From Balanoglossus misakiensis (Eukaryota; Animalia; Hemichordata), in the NCBI GenBank assembly GCA_040954595.2, contig CM082577.2:13213903-13277902 (forward strand): a stretch of 64,000 nucleotides of DNA, given 5' to 3'. Each line of letters begins with the position of its first letter. Positions within the stretch are counted from its first letter, which is position 1. Below the pieces are notes generated by a model. It was not told the origin of the DNA and ran no database searches. It worked only from the letters and a program-made list of their open reading frames with translations. A program made the translations under genes and the position numbers. Shown in pieces: positions 13,820 to 28,145 of this stretch.

Positions 13820-16800
13820 TCAAGGACGTCGTTATTAAAAGCCGAGTGATATCATTACGCATATAATGAATATTCTGGGAAAGTGTATAAATGAGTTCGT
13901 GACAATAGTACCGATCTCATTCGATAACGTTGGAGAGAAAAGAACACAGTGGGAACGGATTGAGGCATGTGATATTTCTGATATATATTTGTGGAGAGCA
14001 CAAGAGGACACAGCAGACAGTTGTTCATTCAAGAGAGACCTGTAGTACAGTTTATTACTACGCATGTGCACACTACGTCATCATGAATACATGCATATAT
14101 TACACAGCCTTCCCTTTAAAAGAAATTGGGTGGCTTGATAACTTCAACAAATTTCAACTTGTAAACACAACATCTTTGTTAACAATAAAACTACTGAAAT
14201 TACAAATTCAGTTTCACAACAAATTTTCTGACTCTGTCTGATCTCCTTACAGGTTCTGCAATATTTCTAGATTTCACCCGTGTATTCTGACTTTTTGTAG
14301 CTTGGCCAGAATCACTAGCAACTTTCACATCAGTATTTTTCACTGGTTGTGGTTTACAGGAATTCTGAACAGGAATTGTACTGAACATTTCAGTTACTGG
14401 TCTTGCACAGATATCAAGATTAGTCAAAACTGAATCATTGAACTCTGTCATAGGCAACTCAGTTTGAAACTCTTCCATGGTTTTCAACATATGATCAGCA
14501 TGAAGTAGTTTAGTCAAGGATCCTTTTTTCACAATGTAATTTCGAGGTCCTTTGACTTCAATGATCGACCCCAATAACCATTTGTCATATTTGGACTGTG
14601 GTCTAGGATTTTTCACTCTAACCACGTCACCTATTTCAAAGTATCGCTCTTGTTTTCTAGAACGATCAAACTGCTCTTTATGTGCTCCCTGTTTCTTTTC
14701 AACCTTTTTAGCCAAACAAGGTTTTACCAAACTCAATCTGGTACGAAGCTGTTTTTACACATCAATTCAGCTGGAATAACACATGTTGTGCTATGAGGTG
14801 TGGTTCTATACCTCAATAGAAAATTAGCAATTCCACGTTTCAAAGACATAGATGATCCACCGGCTAAAACTTGCTTAGTGAAACTTTCTTTCACAAGTTT
14901 AACTGCTCTTTCAGCAGCACCATTAGATGCAGGGTGATATGGAGCTACTTTAATATGATGAATACCATTTCTTTTCATGAACATATCAAATTCAGCAGAA
15001 GTGAATTGTGGGCCACTATCTGAAACTAACTGTTCAGGTAGACCGTGTTCAGCAAATATGAGCCTCAACTCATCTATTGTACGCTCTGCTGTTATGTTTT
15101 TCATTGGCTTCACATCAACCCATTTAGAATGACAATCAACTAGAATAAGATAATATGATGTCTTATATTCACAAAAATCAATATGCACCCTCTGAAAAGG
15201 TCTCATTGGCCAAACCCATGGATGTAATGGTAATTTACTGGGTGTTGGTCTTGCTCTCAGAGTCTCTGACATACTGAACAAGCTTTGACCTTGGATTCAA
15301 TATCAGAATCAATTCCTGGCCACCACACATGACTGCGTGCCAGTGCTTTCATTGCACATATTCATGGGTGTTCCCAATGAAGTTCATCCAGCAATTTCTC
15401 TCGAAATTTCCTTGGTATGACAACCATGAGACCCCAGAGAATACATCCACGTTCAAGAGATAATTGATCTCTTTTCTGATAATACGGTTTCAATGCATCA
15501 GGCATGTCTGTAGTACAATTCTTTGGTCAACCATTCAAAACATAATCATACACTTTACAGAGAATTGGATTGACCCTGGTTTCTCAAGCAATATCATCAG
15601 CTAGAACTGGTAAACTCTCATCAATTATACCCACAGCAAATACTTTGGAATCAGTATCAGTATTGTGCTTACTTGGATTCGGTAGCCTTGACAACGCATC
15701 ACAGTTTGCGTGTGCCGCTGTGTTACGATACTCAATATCATAGTCATATGCCTGCAGAATTAATGCGCAACGTTACTTTCTTGCAGCTGCTATGGTAGGG
15801 ATACCCGCTTTTGGACCCAAAATAGCCAGCCGTGGCTTGTGATCTGTTAGAAGAGTGAATTTTCTCCCATACAGAAAATCATGAAACTTCTTAACTCCAA
15901 ATATCAATGGTAATGCTTCTCTTTCAATTTGAGCATAGTTACGCTCGCTTAGGCTGAGCGTTCTAGAGGCATACGCTATTGGTCTCTCATCACCATTTTC
16001 GAACACATGTGAGAGAACTGCTCCAACGCCATAACTTGAAGCGTCACAATCAAGCTTCAATTTCTTACTCTGATCATAGGGTATCTACAAGGTCTCACTA
16101 GTCAAGTTTGCTTTTCATGTCTCATACGCTTTTTGACATTTATCACTCCATTTCCAAACAGCACCTTTCTTTAACAACTCATGCAAAGGCTGCAATATAG
16201 TGGCTAAATTCAATAAAAACTGATGGTAGTACTGTACCATACCCAAAAATGAACGCAATTGTGATACATTCTTTGGTACCGGAGCCTGTTTGATGGCTTG
16301 TACAGAGGATTCTACAGGTTTCAATCCTTCACCACTGTATTCTGAACCCAAATACACAGTGCAAGACTTCGCACTTTGACAAATTTACATGCAAATAATT
16401 ATAACTCAATCTTTTGAGAACTTGTTCCAAAATATCAAGATTCTCATGAACATTGTCACCTACAATAAGGATATCATCTTGTTTCCAAACACATTTCTGA
16501 ACACCTTGAATGAAACAATCCATCTTAGTCTGAAATATTTTTGGCGCAGACTTCACACCATGAGGTAACTTTGTGTACGAGTACAGACCTTTATGAGTAT
16601 TAATGGTCAAATACTTTCTACTTTCGTCATCAACTGACAATTGAGCATAAGCATGTGTCAAACCCAAACGTGTGAATACTTTTGACCCCGACAGTTGAAC
16701 ATACAAATCTTGTGTAGTCGGTAAAGTACACTGCTCATTAATACTTCCTTTATAGTCACCACGAATTCTGACTGTTTTATCAGCTTTTGGCACCACTACA

Positions 16801-18000
16801 ATTGGACTCGCCCACTCAGACTGATTAACTTTAACTATTACTCCATTTTTAGGTACCATTGGTTTTTACCATGGTACCTTATGGGATCGGTTGCGTCTGT
16901 ATGTATGTATGTATGTATGTATGTATGTATGTATGTATGTATGTATGTATGTATGTATGTATGTATGTATGTATGTATGTATGGATGGATGGGTGGATGT
17001 ATGGATGTATGGATGTATGTCTGTATGTCCGTCCACATCAAAAACTTGAAAACCGCTGCGCGTATAACCTCGATATTTGGTGTGCAGATGCAGGCTGGGC
17101 TGAAGATGGGAGTTTGTTCAAATGAAGTTGTCATTGCCAAAAATATGCAAATTAGCTGAAAAAATGTGAATTTGGTCAAAACTCAGTAACTCAAGAACTA
17201 CTGGTCAGATTGCTTTGCAAAGTGGTGTGTATTTACTTTATTGAGTTGTTTTAATTAGGCAGGAACTCCCTCCTGTGTTTCATATAAACACAGCAAATTC
17301 CTGAATGATTACATAACTGGCTAAGTTTTATAGAGGCCAGCTGTTCTATTTAGTGTATGTACAGTACATATGCCATTGGCAGCTTATGGGTCAGTCAGTG
17401 TTTGCCCATTGATCTCTCTCTATGTGTGTGTGTGTCTGTATATGGCCATGTACTCCGGTGTAGACTTTTTCTTGTGTAATCCCTCAATGGGACCGCCGTG
17501 TCCTTGACGCGATTTTTTTCTAGTTTTGCCAATTCTGTTTCGACTGCTCCACGAAGCACATATGGAACTCGTCTTCGTTTGTGAAATACAGGTTTTGCAC
17601 CCTCTTTGACACGAATATGAGCTTTGTGCCCACGCATACCGTCATAGCTATCAGTAAATATGTTACTGTGCTTACGGAGAATCAAATCAAGCCTGTCTTT
17701 TGTTTTGGCAGTCAAACAATCACCAGCATTTCCTTTACTGACTGTTTGGGAAGTACACAGATATATCTTACACCAATTTAATTTCAACTTTTGTAACCAA
17801 TTTCTACCAAGTAGGGTTGGTTTACCTGGGTGGTCCACTACTATCAATGGCAAATCGACACACTGACCATCATAACATACACAGACCGAAATCGGATCTC
17901 CATTATAGCTTTTCAGTCTTACCGAAGATTTTCTCAAGGGACTTTGACTGAATTTCTTGTCATACTCTGTTTTAGACATGATACTGTAATATGTTTCCCC
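13820..18000 (-). mobile_element. Degenerate Ty3/Gypsy LTR retrotransposon (protease, RT, RNase H, integrase, PPT, part of 3' LTR)
   Basis: LLGRNWL (protease region), WASPIVVVPK and QDDIL (RT), [11 protein letters not shown] and TDHKP (RNase H), RVHIDF, SDSGPQF and YHPASNGAAER (integrase). Polypurine tract AAAGGGAAGG precedes TG at 14106. Confidence 0.92.
16851..17511 (+). mobile_element. Helentron-associated (HINE/DINE-1-like) non-autonomous element with (TATG)n microsatellite, inserted in the Gypsy pol
   Basis: 5' inverted repeat AGGTACCAT...ATGGTACCT, (TATG)n at ~16900-16982, 3' subTIR CAATGGGACC (17485-17494) and hairpin CGTGTC-CTT-GACGCG. Inserted in a T-run. Removing it restores the Gypsy peptide KLEKNGVIV. 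Confidence 0.75.
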
Positions 18001-19100
18001 CGATTTGACGAAAAACAAAGTTTCGATCGCGGCGTATTGATTTTCATTACAGTGATGCGCCAAAGCCTATGCAACCCAGAGATGGCCGCTCATTGGACAA
18101 AATGACGCAACCTTTGTTATGCAAAGTAGGGTCAAGTCGGGTCCTTTCATCGGTGATTCAGCTGAGGTCGCAGCGGTAAATTTTGAAAATACTGGCGATA
18201 ACGAGAGTTTTTTTTCGCAATTTATGAGGTTCCAAAACATACTGACAATCAAATGGTCTGTTACTCTGACAAAAGTTGGGAAGATAGTAAAAGAACGTGC
18301 AAGAAAGTTGAAAAATGTCCACGTTTAGGCGATCATGTTTGGTCATTCATCAGTGGTTTACCTGAGGTCGCGAGATCGCAGCGATACATTTTGAAACACT
18401 GGCCATAGCGAGAGATTTTCGTAATTTTCGACGTTCCCAAACACGACCGAAAACTAAATGTTTTATTTTTCTGACAAAAGGTAGGAAGGATTACAAAATG
18501 ACGTGCAAGAATGTTTTAAAATCCCCGCGTTTTGACAATCATAAGTTAGCTGTAGCGTTCTTGACTTTCTTTGTTTACAAACAGAACGTAGTCCCGCATC
18601 TTACTAATTTACATAAATAGGCATGAAATGCCAACAAAAATTATTTAATGGCACGTGATAATTTGCATAGTTATTCCATGGCTTTCAATTCACTCTATAT
18701 GAGAGTTTTGACATGTTATATGTGAGGTTTGTTATAAATATCAAGAAAAAAACTAACCAAGTGTAAAAAAGAACTTGCTTGTCAATAGTTTATTTAACAA
18801 ATGCTCCAAAATATTGAATTTTGAAAGGGACTATTTTTCTTCACTCTCGCAGTAATGAGAGGCAATACCAAAGTTATGTAGTAGTGAATCACAGAATAAT
18901 CTATAGTACAGATGCAATAATCATCATTATTGGTTACTTCTTCAATAATTTCATCAGTTTCTGTGAGCAGTTCCCTGCCCTTGTTGTTATTGTTCACACA
19001 GTTCAGGCAATTACAGCCTGGGCCACACATCATGCCCTTCTTTTTGCATTTACATTTTTATTTTTGCATCCTGTTTTCTTACATTTTCACCCTTTTGTGT
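18001..19100 (-). mobile_element. 3' remnant of a DNA transposon with a Cys-rich C-terminus (Chapaev- or Academ-like) and ~220-bp subterminal repeats
   Basis: KCKCKKKGMMCGPGCNCLNC cluster at ~18995-19060. Tandem repeat units at ~18120-18330 and ~18335-18540. A related unit lies at ~25545-25750. Confidence 0.45.
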
Positions 19101-19423
19101 AAAACACCACACGCTCTTGAACCTCCTGCATATTGTGACGGAAGCCTAGTCTCGGTTACCCAGACCCCCCTGCTTCTTCCGTTGGGCACTCCAGAAAGAG
19201 GGTCTGGGGAAACCCCATAGACAAACCTCCGGGCAAAGATGGCCGACTCGGGACAAAAGTGATGCATGATGGTTGCAGACTCGAACATAAAAAAACATGC
19301 TGAGAAGTGCTGGACCTGCTGAAACTGTTCACGAATTGAAGAGAGAGAGATAGAAGTTTGGTAAAGAGTTTTTTATAATATCGTCATATCATAATATCAA
19401 ATGTCATAAATGTTGAGACCATC

Positions 19424-20747
19424 ATGCATCGTTTTGTTGATTTGGTAAACCCGGGTCATAGGTTATTACCTGTTAGATTCATAAATTTAGGGACAAGGGA
19501 CATAGAGGTCAAACGAGGTCACGTCGTAGGTTTGTACAGACTGGAGAGAGCAGTTGATTGTAATGTCAGCTCTCCTGTTGACATGAACCAGTGTGACAAA
19601 TCAGCTGTTGTGCAAAATAGTGCGCCCTCTAGTGGCGACACTTGTGAAAAGCATGATAACAATGGGAAATCTGTTTCCCTGGGCATTGAAAAATTGCCAT
19701 CACATTTAGTGGATTTGTATCGTCGTAGTGTGCAACATCTTGAGCCTGATGAACAAAGGGAACAAGTGCAAATGCTGCTGATAAACAATTCGGACGTTTT
19801 TAGCAAGAATGCGTATGACTTGGGTTTGACCGATGTTGTTGAGCACAAGATTGATACACAACAGGCTACCCCAGTGAAAGTGGCACCGTATCGTGCGCCA
19901 TTTTGGAAAAAAGACCGAAATAGAGAGACAAGTTCAATCATTGGTAGACAAAGGCATGTTAGTCAAGTCAACATCGCCTTGGAGTTCGCCATGTTTGTTG
20001 ATCAAGAAAAAGGATTCTACACAGAGATTAGTAGTTGATTACAGGAGACTCAATGCAGTCACAATTCAGAATGCCCAACCTATTCCAAGAATACAGGACA
20101 ATTTAGAAGCAATGCATGGTGCGTGCTGGTTTTCCACCCTTGATTTGAATATGGGATTTCATCAGGTCAAGCTTGATAAGGAAAGTAGAGAAAAGTCTGC
20201 AATAGTGACTTCTTCTGGTAAATTGTTGGAATGGACTACAATGCCCATGGGATTGTGCGGTGCACCTGGCACTTTTGAAAGATTGATGGAAAAGGTTTTT
20301 CAAGGATTGCAATGGGAAATTTTATTACTCTATTTGGATGACATTATTGTGTTTGGGGAATCTTTTGAGCAGGAATTGGAACGGTTGCAGACTGTTTTCA
20401 ACAAATTGCGTGAAGCAGGTCTGAAGTTAAAAGCAAAGAAGTGTACTTTGTTTGCAGTTCAAGTAGAATTCCTGGGACATGTTGTGTCGGCTGAGGGTGT
20501 GTCAACCGATCCGAAAAAGGTTCAAACACTGAGAAATTGGCCTGTACCCACATCTTTGACTGAGGTTCCCAGTTTTGTTGGACTCGCCTCGTACTATCGG
20601 AGGTTTATACAGAACTTTGCAGAAATTGCAAAGCCCCTTACAGATTTGACGAAGAAAAATGTCATTTTTGTGTGGAGTGATGAATGTCAGCAAGCTTTTG
20701 ATCGGTTGAAAGATCTACTGTCATCACCAAATTCATATGACCTATGA
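19424..20747 (+). mobile_element. Second Ty3/Gypsy pol fragment (RT), frameshifted and truncated
   Basis: DVVEHKIDT, SPWSSP, VDYRRLN, LDLNMGFHQ, MPMGL, YLDDIIV and FLGHVVS motifs. Confidence 0.92.
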
Positions 20748-21169
20748 CAGAGCAGCGGGTTAGCTTGTTCAGCTGCTTGGACTTGATATAAGACGATGAC
20801 AGGTGTGCATTTAGCACATGGCAACGGTTTTTAGTTGTGTTACTACGACGATGGTTTATGTTGTTGACAGACAGTTGGTACCTTGCAGATATTGCAAGTT
20901 TTCCCTGATTGAATTGGTTCTGGGCTGGTTATCGCCTTTTCTTCCTTCTTTCCTATATTTTAGTTATTCCTTTTCTCAAGGGACTTCGAAGCCCAGGTTG
21001 GGGGAGTTGTTATGGAATTCCTTTTCCATGTGATTTATTATTCTACATGGTGTTTTGTATGGCTTCACTGTCGTGGTGGTGTTACCATAGTGACCGTTTC
21101 TGGGCTGTCTTGTATGATTGACAAGGATGGAAGGGTTTCCCCATCTTGATTATTGTTGGTACCATACCA

Positions 21170-21470
21170 AGAAAATCACTGGTCTGCTGACGTATTTCGG
21201 CCACATTAGCGACTGAGGGTAAAAGTCCGCTGCCGCATTACATTGAATGTTAACCAGTGTAGCGGGATCTGCGTAGACACATTTGAACGGCAACAGCTAA
21301 CAAACTCAGCGTAATTCAATAAAACGCCCTAACACTGCCTGAACTCCGATAATGTGTTGTCCCAAAATTCATTCCGTGGAAAATAATCACTGGTCTGTTT
21401 ACGTATTTCAGCCGATTTTCCAAGGACTACTGCAACCCGCCTGCTAATGAGATCTCCACAACATTACGTA
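21170..21470. repeat. Fragment related (inverted) to the interior of the 45471-45947 MITE
   Basis: AATCACTGGTCTGTTTACGTATTTCAGCCGATTTT and its flanks match the reverse complement of ~45625-45835. Confidence 0.6.
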
Positions 21471-21483
21471 ATGACGGTCATAG

Positions 21484-21902
21484 TCCGATGCCCCAGTGTT
21501 CGTCCTCAGCCCACCAAAAAATGCGAAAAATATTACAAAAATCTTCTTCTCAAAATCGACGTGGCCTAGGACCTTGAAATTTGGCACAGGGGATTTTGGC
21601 CACATGGTCTACAAAATCGCGAAAAGAATGTACATGCCCCCACTAACGTGCAAATTAGGTCAATTTGAAAATTTCGCTCGATTATAGCCACCAAGTCAGG
21701 TGACCAATTACAAATTCAAAGGGCAAGTGCACCAGTACTCATTGGCCCCAACCACCGTGCCAAATTTCATAGGCGTAGGTCCAGGGATTTTTGAGAAAAA
21801 CGGGAGCAAAAAAAACGACTCAAGAAGAAAGAAGAAAAACTCCAGCAATAACAGAAGATTTCAAGAGGGTTTTGAGACCCCTCTGGTCTCGAAACCCTAA
21901 TT
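21484..21902 (-). mobile_element. HINE/DINE-1-like element
   Basis: Terminal inverted repeat AGGGTTTTGAGACC...GGTCTCGAAACCCT at 21866-21898 and a (GAA)-rich tract. The core is shared with ~32755-32950. Confidence 0.5.
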
Positions 21903-22130
21903 AACGGACGTTTTATTTTTGAACTACTCTGTGAGAATATTTGTCATTTTGCCATGCGCGATGCCCGTCTTGTCATTTTTTGTAGTCTGCTTCATGTTTA
22001 ATGCCTGATCCCGGCCACTCGTGTTTACATTCATCTTCGCCATGTAGGTTCACAATCGTAATTTCTCTTTCTCACGCTATTTCGTTAAGGAAATGACACT
22101 GATATGCAACAAAATCAATTGTTGGTATAC

Positions 22131-22290
22131 TATAATAGCAATAACTCCGCCTCAGTTGGGTATACACTCGATTTGGGTACAATTCGCTCCATATAGCACC
22201 CGCCTAACGACTCGTGCTGTATGTCTCGAATTGTACCCAAATCTCGCGTATACCCGCCTGAGGCGGGGGGGGGGGTTATTGCTTAAATAA
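22131..22290. mobile_element. Palindromic ~160-bp foldback MITE (possibly Crypton-type)
   Basis: AGCAATAAC...CCGCCTCAG..GGGTATAC..GATTTGGGTACAATTCG is mirrored by CGAATTGTACCCAAATC..GTATACCC..CTGAGGCGG..GTTATTGCT. Confidence 0.65.
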
Positions 22291-22430
22291 TGGATTGAAT
22301 TTCGGAAATTTGGTTTGTTTAATTTGTCATAATTACAAAATAGTTTTATAGTGTGTTTGAGTCATTCTTGTGTTGGCAAAAAGCAAACCAATCGGTAGAT
22401 TCCATGTATTTTACTCCCGCCACTGTACCC

Positions 22431-24395
22431 TTATTTTTTTTTTATTTCTATAAAATCTTTAATTCAGCAATTGCAGAGTATACAGGATATATGTTACACA
22501 TACTTCATGAAATTTACAATAGTTCTATCGTTTTTTACATACTTTATATAATACAGCTCTTCAGTAAGGAATTTCCTCACATTTTGCTGTTTTAGTATCC
22601 TTGCCTTGTATACCGCAAAGGTGCTTAACATTATGATTAGGTTCAAAGGTTCGACCTTGGGTAGCTCTAGATAGTAACCATAGATTACATGCTCCCAAGA
22701 TAAGCTGGACTGAGTGTTATATGATCTATTAAGGGCTCGAGTAACAGTGGCCCAGAAATGTGTTGCACTTTTACAATCAAAAAGAAAATGCTTACAATCT
22801 TCAATTACATTACATACTTCACATAATGGAGAGGCTTCACTCTTCCATTTAAATAAATTCACTTTGTGTGGAAGTTTATCACACAATAAAAATAAATTGA
22901 ATTGAGCAATCTTTTTTATCTGTATTTTTTCACTTTGATTGTCCATATCATACTCCAGTTCGGATAAACACCGATTTTGTTTTCCCACACCTTTGTCGCA
23001 TATGATTTCTCTACATACTTATTTACCAGATTCCAATAGAAATCTTTACAGCAAAAAGTAAAAGCGTCTGTATATTTTCCCTGATGATTTTTTTTTCCAT
23101 TATAGCTTTTCTTTTATGAGTAACTGTCATCTCATTTCTCACATTTCTCATACACTGCTTCCATTGATCTGGAATGGCTTTTTTGTACTGAGTGATCCAG
23201 TTTCTTTTTTTTTTCTGTAGCCTGTACAAAAGGCAGTGCTGATTAATGAAATTACCATTAACAAATAAGTGGGCCATATGAATAAATCCAGCCTCGATCC
23301 ACTCAGTGAAAAATAAAGGATGGTTATTTACCGTTATGTTACAATTCCCCCAAATTATCTGTTCTCCCACCTTATTGGGTTTTTAATCTATACGTTGCCC
23401 GCTTTGCACAACCTCGTTCCAAATCTTTAAAATAGACGAATAAAAACTTGGCAGACCTTTTGTGACAAAACATAAGCCTGTATTATTGTTGTACATAAAT
23501 ACACGCTTGGTCCACCTAAACTTTTCCAGGTGGTAATCGAAGAGTATCTTCCATGTCTCGTTATCACTGTATACAAGTATCGATACCCATCCACACATTA
23601 GAACTTTTACAGTCGAACTTACATCAAGCATCTCTATACCTCCATTTTCAATCTTATTAATGATAATACTCTTTCGAATTTTTCCCTTTTTCCCACTCCA
23701 TAAAAAGTTGTAGAAAAGCTTGTTTAGTCGCACTATCACATCTTTTGGTGTTTCAATCATAGATGCTAGATAAACAATTTTAGAAAACGCAAGACTCTTC
23801 AGAATGGTTAGTTTACCGAAGACACTCAAATATCTTTTCTTCCAACTATCTAATTCTTTTTTTCTAATTTTTTGTCCCAATTTAAAAATTTCAACTGTTT
23901 CTTGTTGTGGCCAAAGTAAACCCCCAAAGCCTTAATGTCTTTATTGGACCATGGAATAAGGCCGATATTACCCTTCCTTTTCCAGGACCCTAGCTTCAAC
24001 CCTTCTGTTTTTTCTCTATTCAATTTTAAGCCAGAGTACTTTCCATATTGGTCAATAATATTCAGTACTTGGGCCAAAGATTTTACATTCTCTATGTACA
24101 CTTGGTTATCATCCGCCAATTGAGTGATTTTTATGATCTTATTCCCCACTTTAAAACCAATATTATTCTCATTGCGGATAACCTGGGTAAGCAATTCTGC
24201 AACTATGATGAAAAGTAGAGCTGACAATGGACAACCCTGCCTTATACCTCTTTTTAATGCAAATGGGGAGGTTATCCAACCGTTGTTGGTAACAGCACTC
24301 CTACTTTCGGTGTAGATTGTTTTAATCAAGGTGATAAATGAATTACCAAACCCGAATTTTTCCAGAGGTACAAACATAAATTTGTGTTCTACCAT
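22431..24395 (-). mobile_element. Second 5'-truncated L1/Tx1-clade LINE
   Basis: GIRQGCPLS, LADD, GKLTILKSL and CEVCNVIEDCKHFLFDC motifs across four frameshifted ORFs. Poly(A) tail at ~22431-22446. Confidence 0.9.
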
Positions 24396-26360
24396 ATCAA
24401 AAGCACATCACCCGTTATATATAATGGGGCTTGCCAGCCGAGCTGGTTACTTCAGATCTGCCATGAAGTTTGTCACAGCTGCTTTTATTCTGACACAGTT
24501 ATCAATACTAGAGATATGACCAATTTCACTTGAATGCAAGCGCCTTGTGGTGAACCAAGATCATAACAACAATTGTTAAAGTTTAGTTTTTGTTAACACG
24601 GCTTACTGTCGTGTGGAAATAGTTCAGAGAAGGTGTTTGGTGCGTATCAGCTGCCTATACAACATAGATTCCATGACCACTACTTGTAATTACCACGTCA
24701 AATTTCGACTGACCTCGGGATTTAAGTTTTGGAAACATTGGTATATGTGCAGAATAGCCAGACGGAGTTAAAATTTCCCTTTGTGTAAAGTTCGGCGTCT
24801 CACTGGAACCTAAGCAGTGGAAATTAAACACTAATGTCTTTTTATGGGCTAAGGAGGTCATACATTTCAATGTTCGTTATTTCCTTTCATGAGCGGAGAA
24901 TGATGGAATCCTCTGGGTCAGGGGTTCAAAAGTCGCATCGGGGGAAAATGATCCCGCCTGTAAATGTAACAGATACCTTCATCTGTGTTGGTCAGATTTA
25001 TACTATAAACGTTTATCTCTTTACCATTTGATACTATACAACTGTCTTAACAAAAGAGATAAAATAATTACTCACCATGCAATGTACACGCCTAATAGTT
25101 ATCTGCGACTGGCGGGCCTGCATACTCTGACACTGAGTGGATGGGAGGGGTCTTATCACTCATAGATACAAATACGGTCTTGTCCGATCCTATGTTTGAA
25201 TTTTGGCGATCAGTTTGCCTTGAATTTTATAGGAGCGTTTGATTTGACCTTTTTCACATCTGTTAAATACAATGACAGAAGTCCAAGACTTCTGCACATG
25301 ATCTGTGCCGTTCGCATGTGGTGTTGTTTATTCAGTACTTTCATGAGGGCCGCAGAATACCCAGCACCACGAACGCTAATCTAACTTCTGTATGAAAAAG
25401 AGATCATGGAGTCTCTGTTATTATTGCATGTTACCATATAGTTGGTATTTGTTTCGATCTTGGCGTCTTGATATTCGGAACAGTGACGCGACAGTGACGT
25501 GCACAGCCCAGACGGCCGTTCATTGGCCAAGTTACGCGGCTTTTGTTTTGCAAATTCGGGTCATGTTGGGTCACCTCATCAGTGGTTTGACCCAGAGTAA
25601 TATTTTAGAATCCCGGCGATAGGAAGAGATGTGCGTTAATTGTAAGGTTTCCGAATATACCAACAAATAGATATTCTCCCCGTTTGACGAAAGACAGGAA
25701 GGACTGTAAATGACTTGTTAAAATATAAATATTCACCTTCTTTCGCTGATCGTGATTCTTGACTCCAGGTTCCGTGGTGTTCAATACGTACCAGAAGAAA
25801 GTAGTTCCCTGTTCTTACATTGAATATTTACTCATGAAATACTGTTATTATTTTAATAACCACGTGAACGGAGAAAACTGTTGGTGCATGTGATGTATAG
25901 ATGCAGTTTGTGTTACTTGTATATGCATTTTCGGAAAGGGAATTGTCCATTTTAACATTTTAACAAGGACTATTTTATCTCATTAGCACATCACCTGTAG
26001 AAAATGCTGGTTGTATTTTGTCGACAAGAACGACATAACTGGCAGTACACGTGCAATGCTATTTTGTATTGGTATGCCAAGTAGGGAAAAGAAAAAGCCC
26101 AAATTCCTAGTAAACATCCCAACAAACTCAAATATCAAGTAAAATACAGTTATTGTCTCGATATTTTTAATGGGCCTGCAATGGAAAAATAAAGCGTAAT
26201 AAAGCTTTCTTGGCTGAAGATAAACATCCCACAGTTTTCCTCAATCGCGAATGATAAATTACAGTAGTGCTAAATTAAACAATTATGATTTCTAAAGATA
26301 TTTGGTTTTGTCGAGCTAATGTCGTTAACTAGTGACAGGTTTTTTCGATCCCTTCGATAG

Positions 26361-26450
26361 GTGCTGCGGCGGACAATGTTCAGTTGGTGAACAGAGCCAA
26401 CAAATATGAAGGAAGGGTGGAAGTATATCGCCCTGAAGGTGGTTGGACGC
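26361..26450 (+). pseudogene. Orphan SRCR-domain exon fragment
   Basis: An acceptor TAG is followed by ...NVQLVNRANKYEGRVEVYRPEGGW, matching the SRCR N-terminal consensus VRLV....EGRVEV....W. The rest of the domain is absent. Confidence 0.6.
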
Positions 26451-28145
26451 CTTTCATTCGCGGTTTGCCAGGTCTGCAACACTTCTGTCTGCCACCAACT
26501 TTCAGAAGGTTCTCTCGATCGCCGAAAAGCCGAGACATTTTCCATTTATGGATTAACATTCATTTACTTCTGAACATTATCAAAACTGTCATGAAGACGA
26601 CGACAAAGTCGTCTAGAATGCATATGCAGGTATAGAAACTGAAACATGTTGCTGTAATGTCCTCGACGTCGTCAATTTTGTTAGTTGCCGTGTTGCTAAA
26701 CATGGCCATTTAGACGGCGTTTATTTCAAAACAACATCCAAAAGTTTAGTGTGTGGACGCACAGAGCTTCTGTGGGCTAATCCCCTGTTTTTGCAGAGAG
26801 TAAACACTGGCATAGCACCAGTGTCGAAACATAGAGTGAGTATTTGACCATAGAACGTTAAATTTTTTTAACCTTTACCAATAATCACTTTTGTCCAATA
26901 TTTCAAGTAATTCAATGAAAAAGAGAACTCAAATCACATAAATAATTATGTCTACTTCTTTAAGTATAATTTGTTATTCAGGCTGTAATGTTTACCTTCA
27001 TTTTTAGTTTGGCTTACATTGTACAGATAACACATTTGTTGTCAAAAAATTTATAGCGTAAACCTCAATATATATAAAACCGTAAACTTGTACAAAGAAA
27101 TTAAATTTCAAAACATTTTCAAAATGCATCGGCGGAAATTCCGACACACTCAAAAGACATATGCCCCATCCGCCTGTTATTTCGCTATTTTGTCGTCTCA
27201 CGATATAGTCTATTATAATTAGCCTCTAAACACACTCGTAAAGAACTTAAATATACAGAGAGAGAACGAGAAAGAGCAAACGAAGAAGTCTAAGATGCTT
27301 GTATATCATGAATGAAAAACTTACCGATTTTGAACCTGCATTCCATCTCCAGGGTACCCGTTTATACCAGACTGTTTCAGCCATTATGGGATTGAAATTT
27401 TATAATCAGTATTCGGATTACCTGTAACATGGTAAGAAAACGACCGAATTGAAATACTATCTTTAGAATGTAACATATAAAAATAAACACTTTCAGTAAT
27501 TTCTGTCAATAATCACACAAAATGCTGCATACATTTGCGTTCATACCAGTCAATATCCTAAAGTTCATAGGTCAAATATACAATGGTATAGTTGCACAGA
27601 CAAACAGTCACAAGACGATACGTACAGCACAGCACAGACAATCAACAAAATACAGAACCAAGTCAAGTCCTTGAAAGACAGATATATGAACTTCCGACAA
27701 AAGGACCTGGAAGCAATGTCATTGTTTTCGAATGTAGTAAGGTAAGCCTATCCTGCCCGACATGCGGTACCTGCCATATATCAATATCTTAGACAAAATA
27801 AGAAGCAGTCCCACATTGAAGACAAATGTCACTGATGGCATCAGCGATCATTTGCTTTAGGGATACATTTTACTTATCCAGTAGCACATGACACCTGCCA
27901 AATAAGCATTTGAATGTAGAAACACGTCTCTTTCTGCGATAACCATGATATATAAGTTTTCAAGATAGCGAGATGATCATGAAGTAAAGCGCGCTCTGTG
28001 GTAGTATGTAGGGTGATGGCTAGGGCACAGGGATTTATTCAGGGATTGATAGTCGCTCAGCCTTTTTTTCTTCTTCTGCCTTTCTCTTAAGCTAACGATT
28101 CTAACCTTTCTCTTACCGATACACTCAGGCTGCCCTGCTCGCGCG

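Noticed and set aside
16838-17179. ORFs with MYVC/IHTY repeats
   Set aside because: They are translations of the (TATG)n microsatellite.
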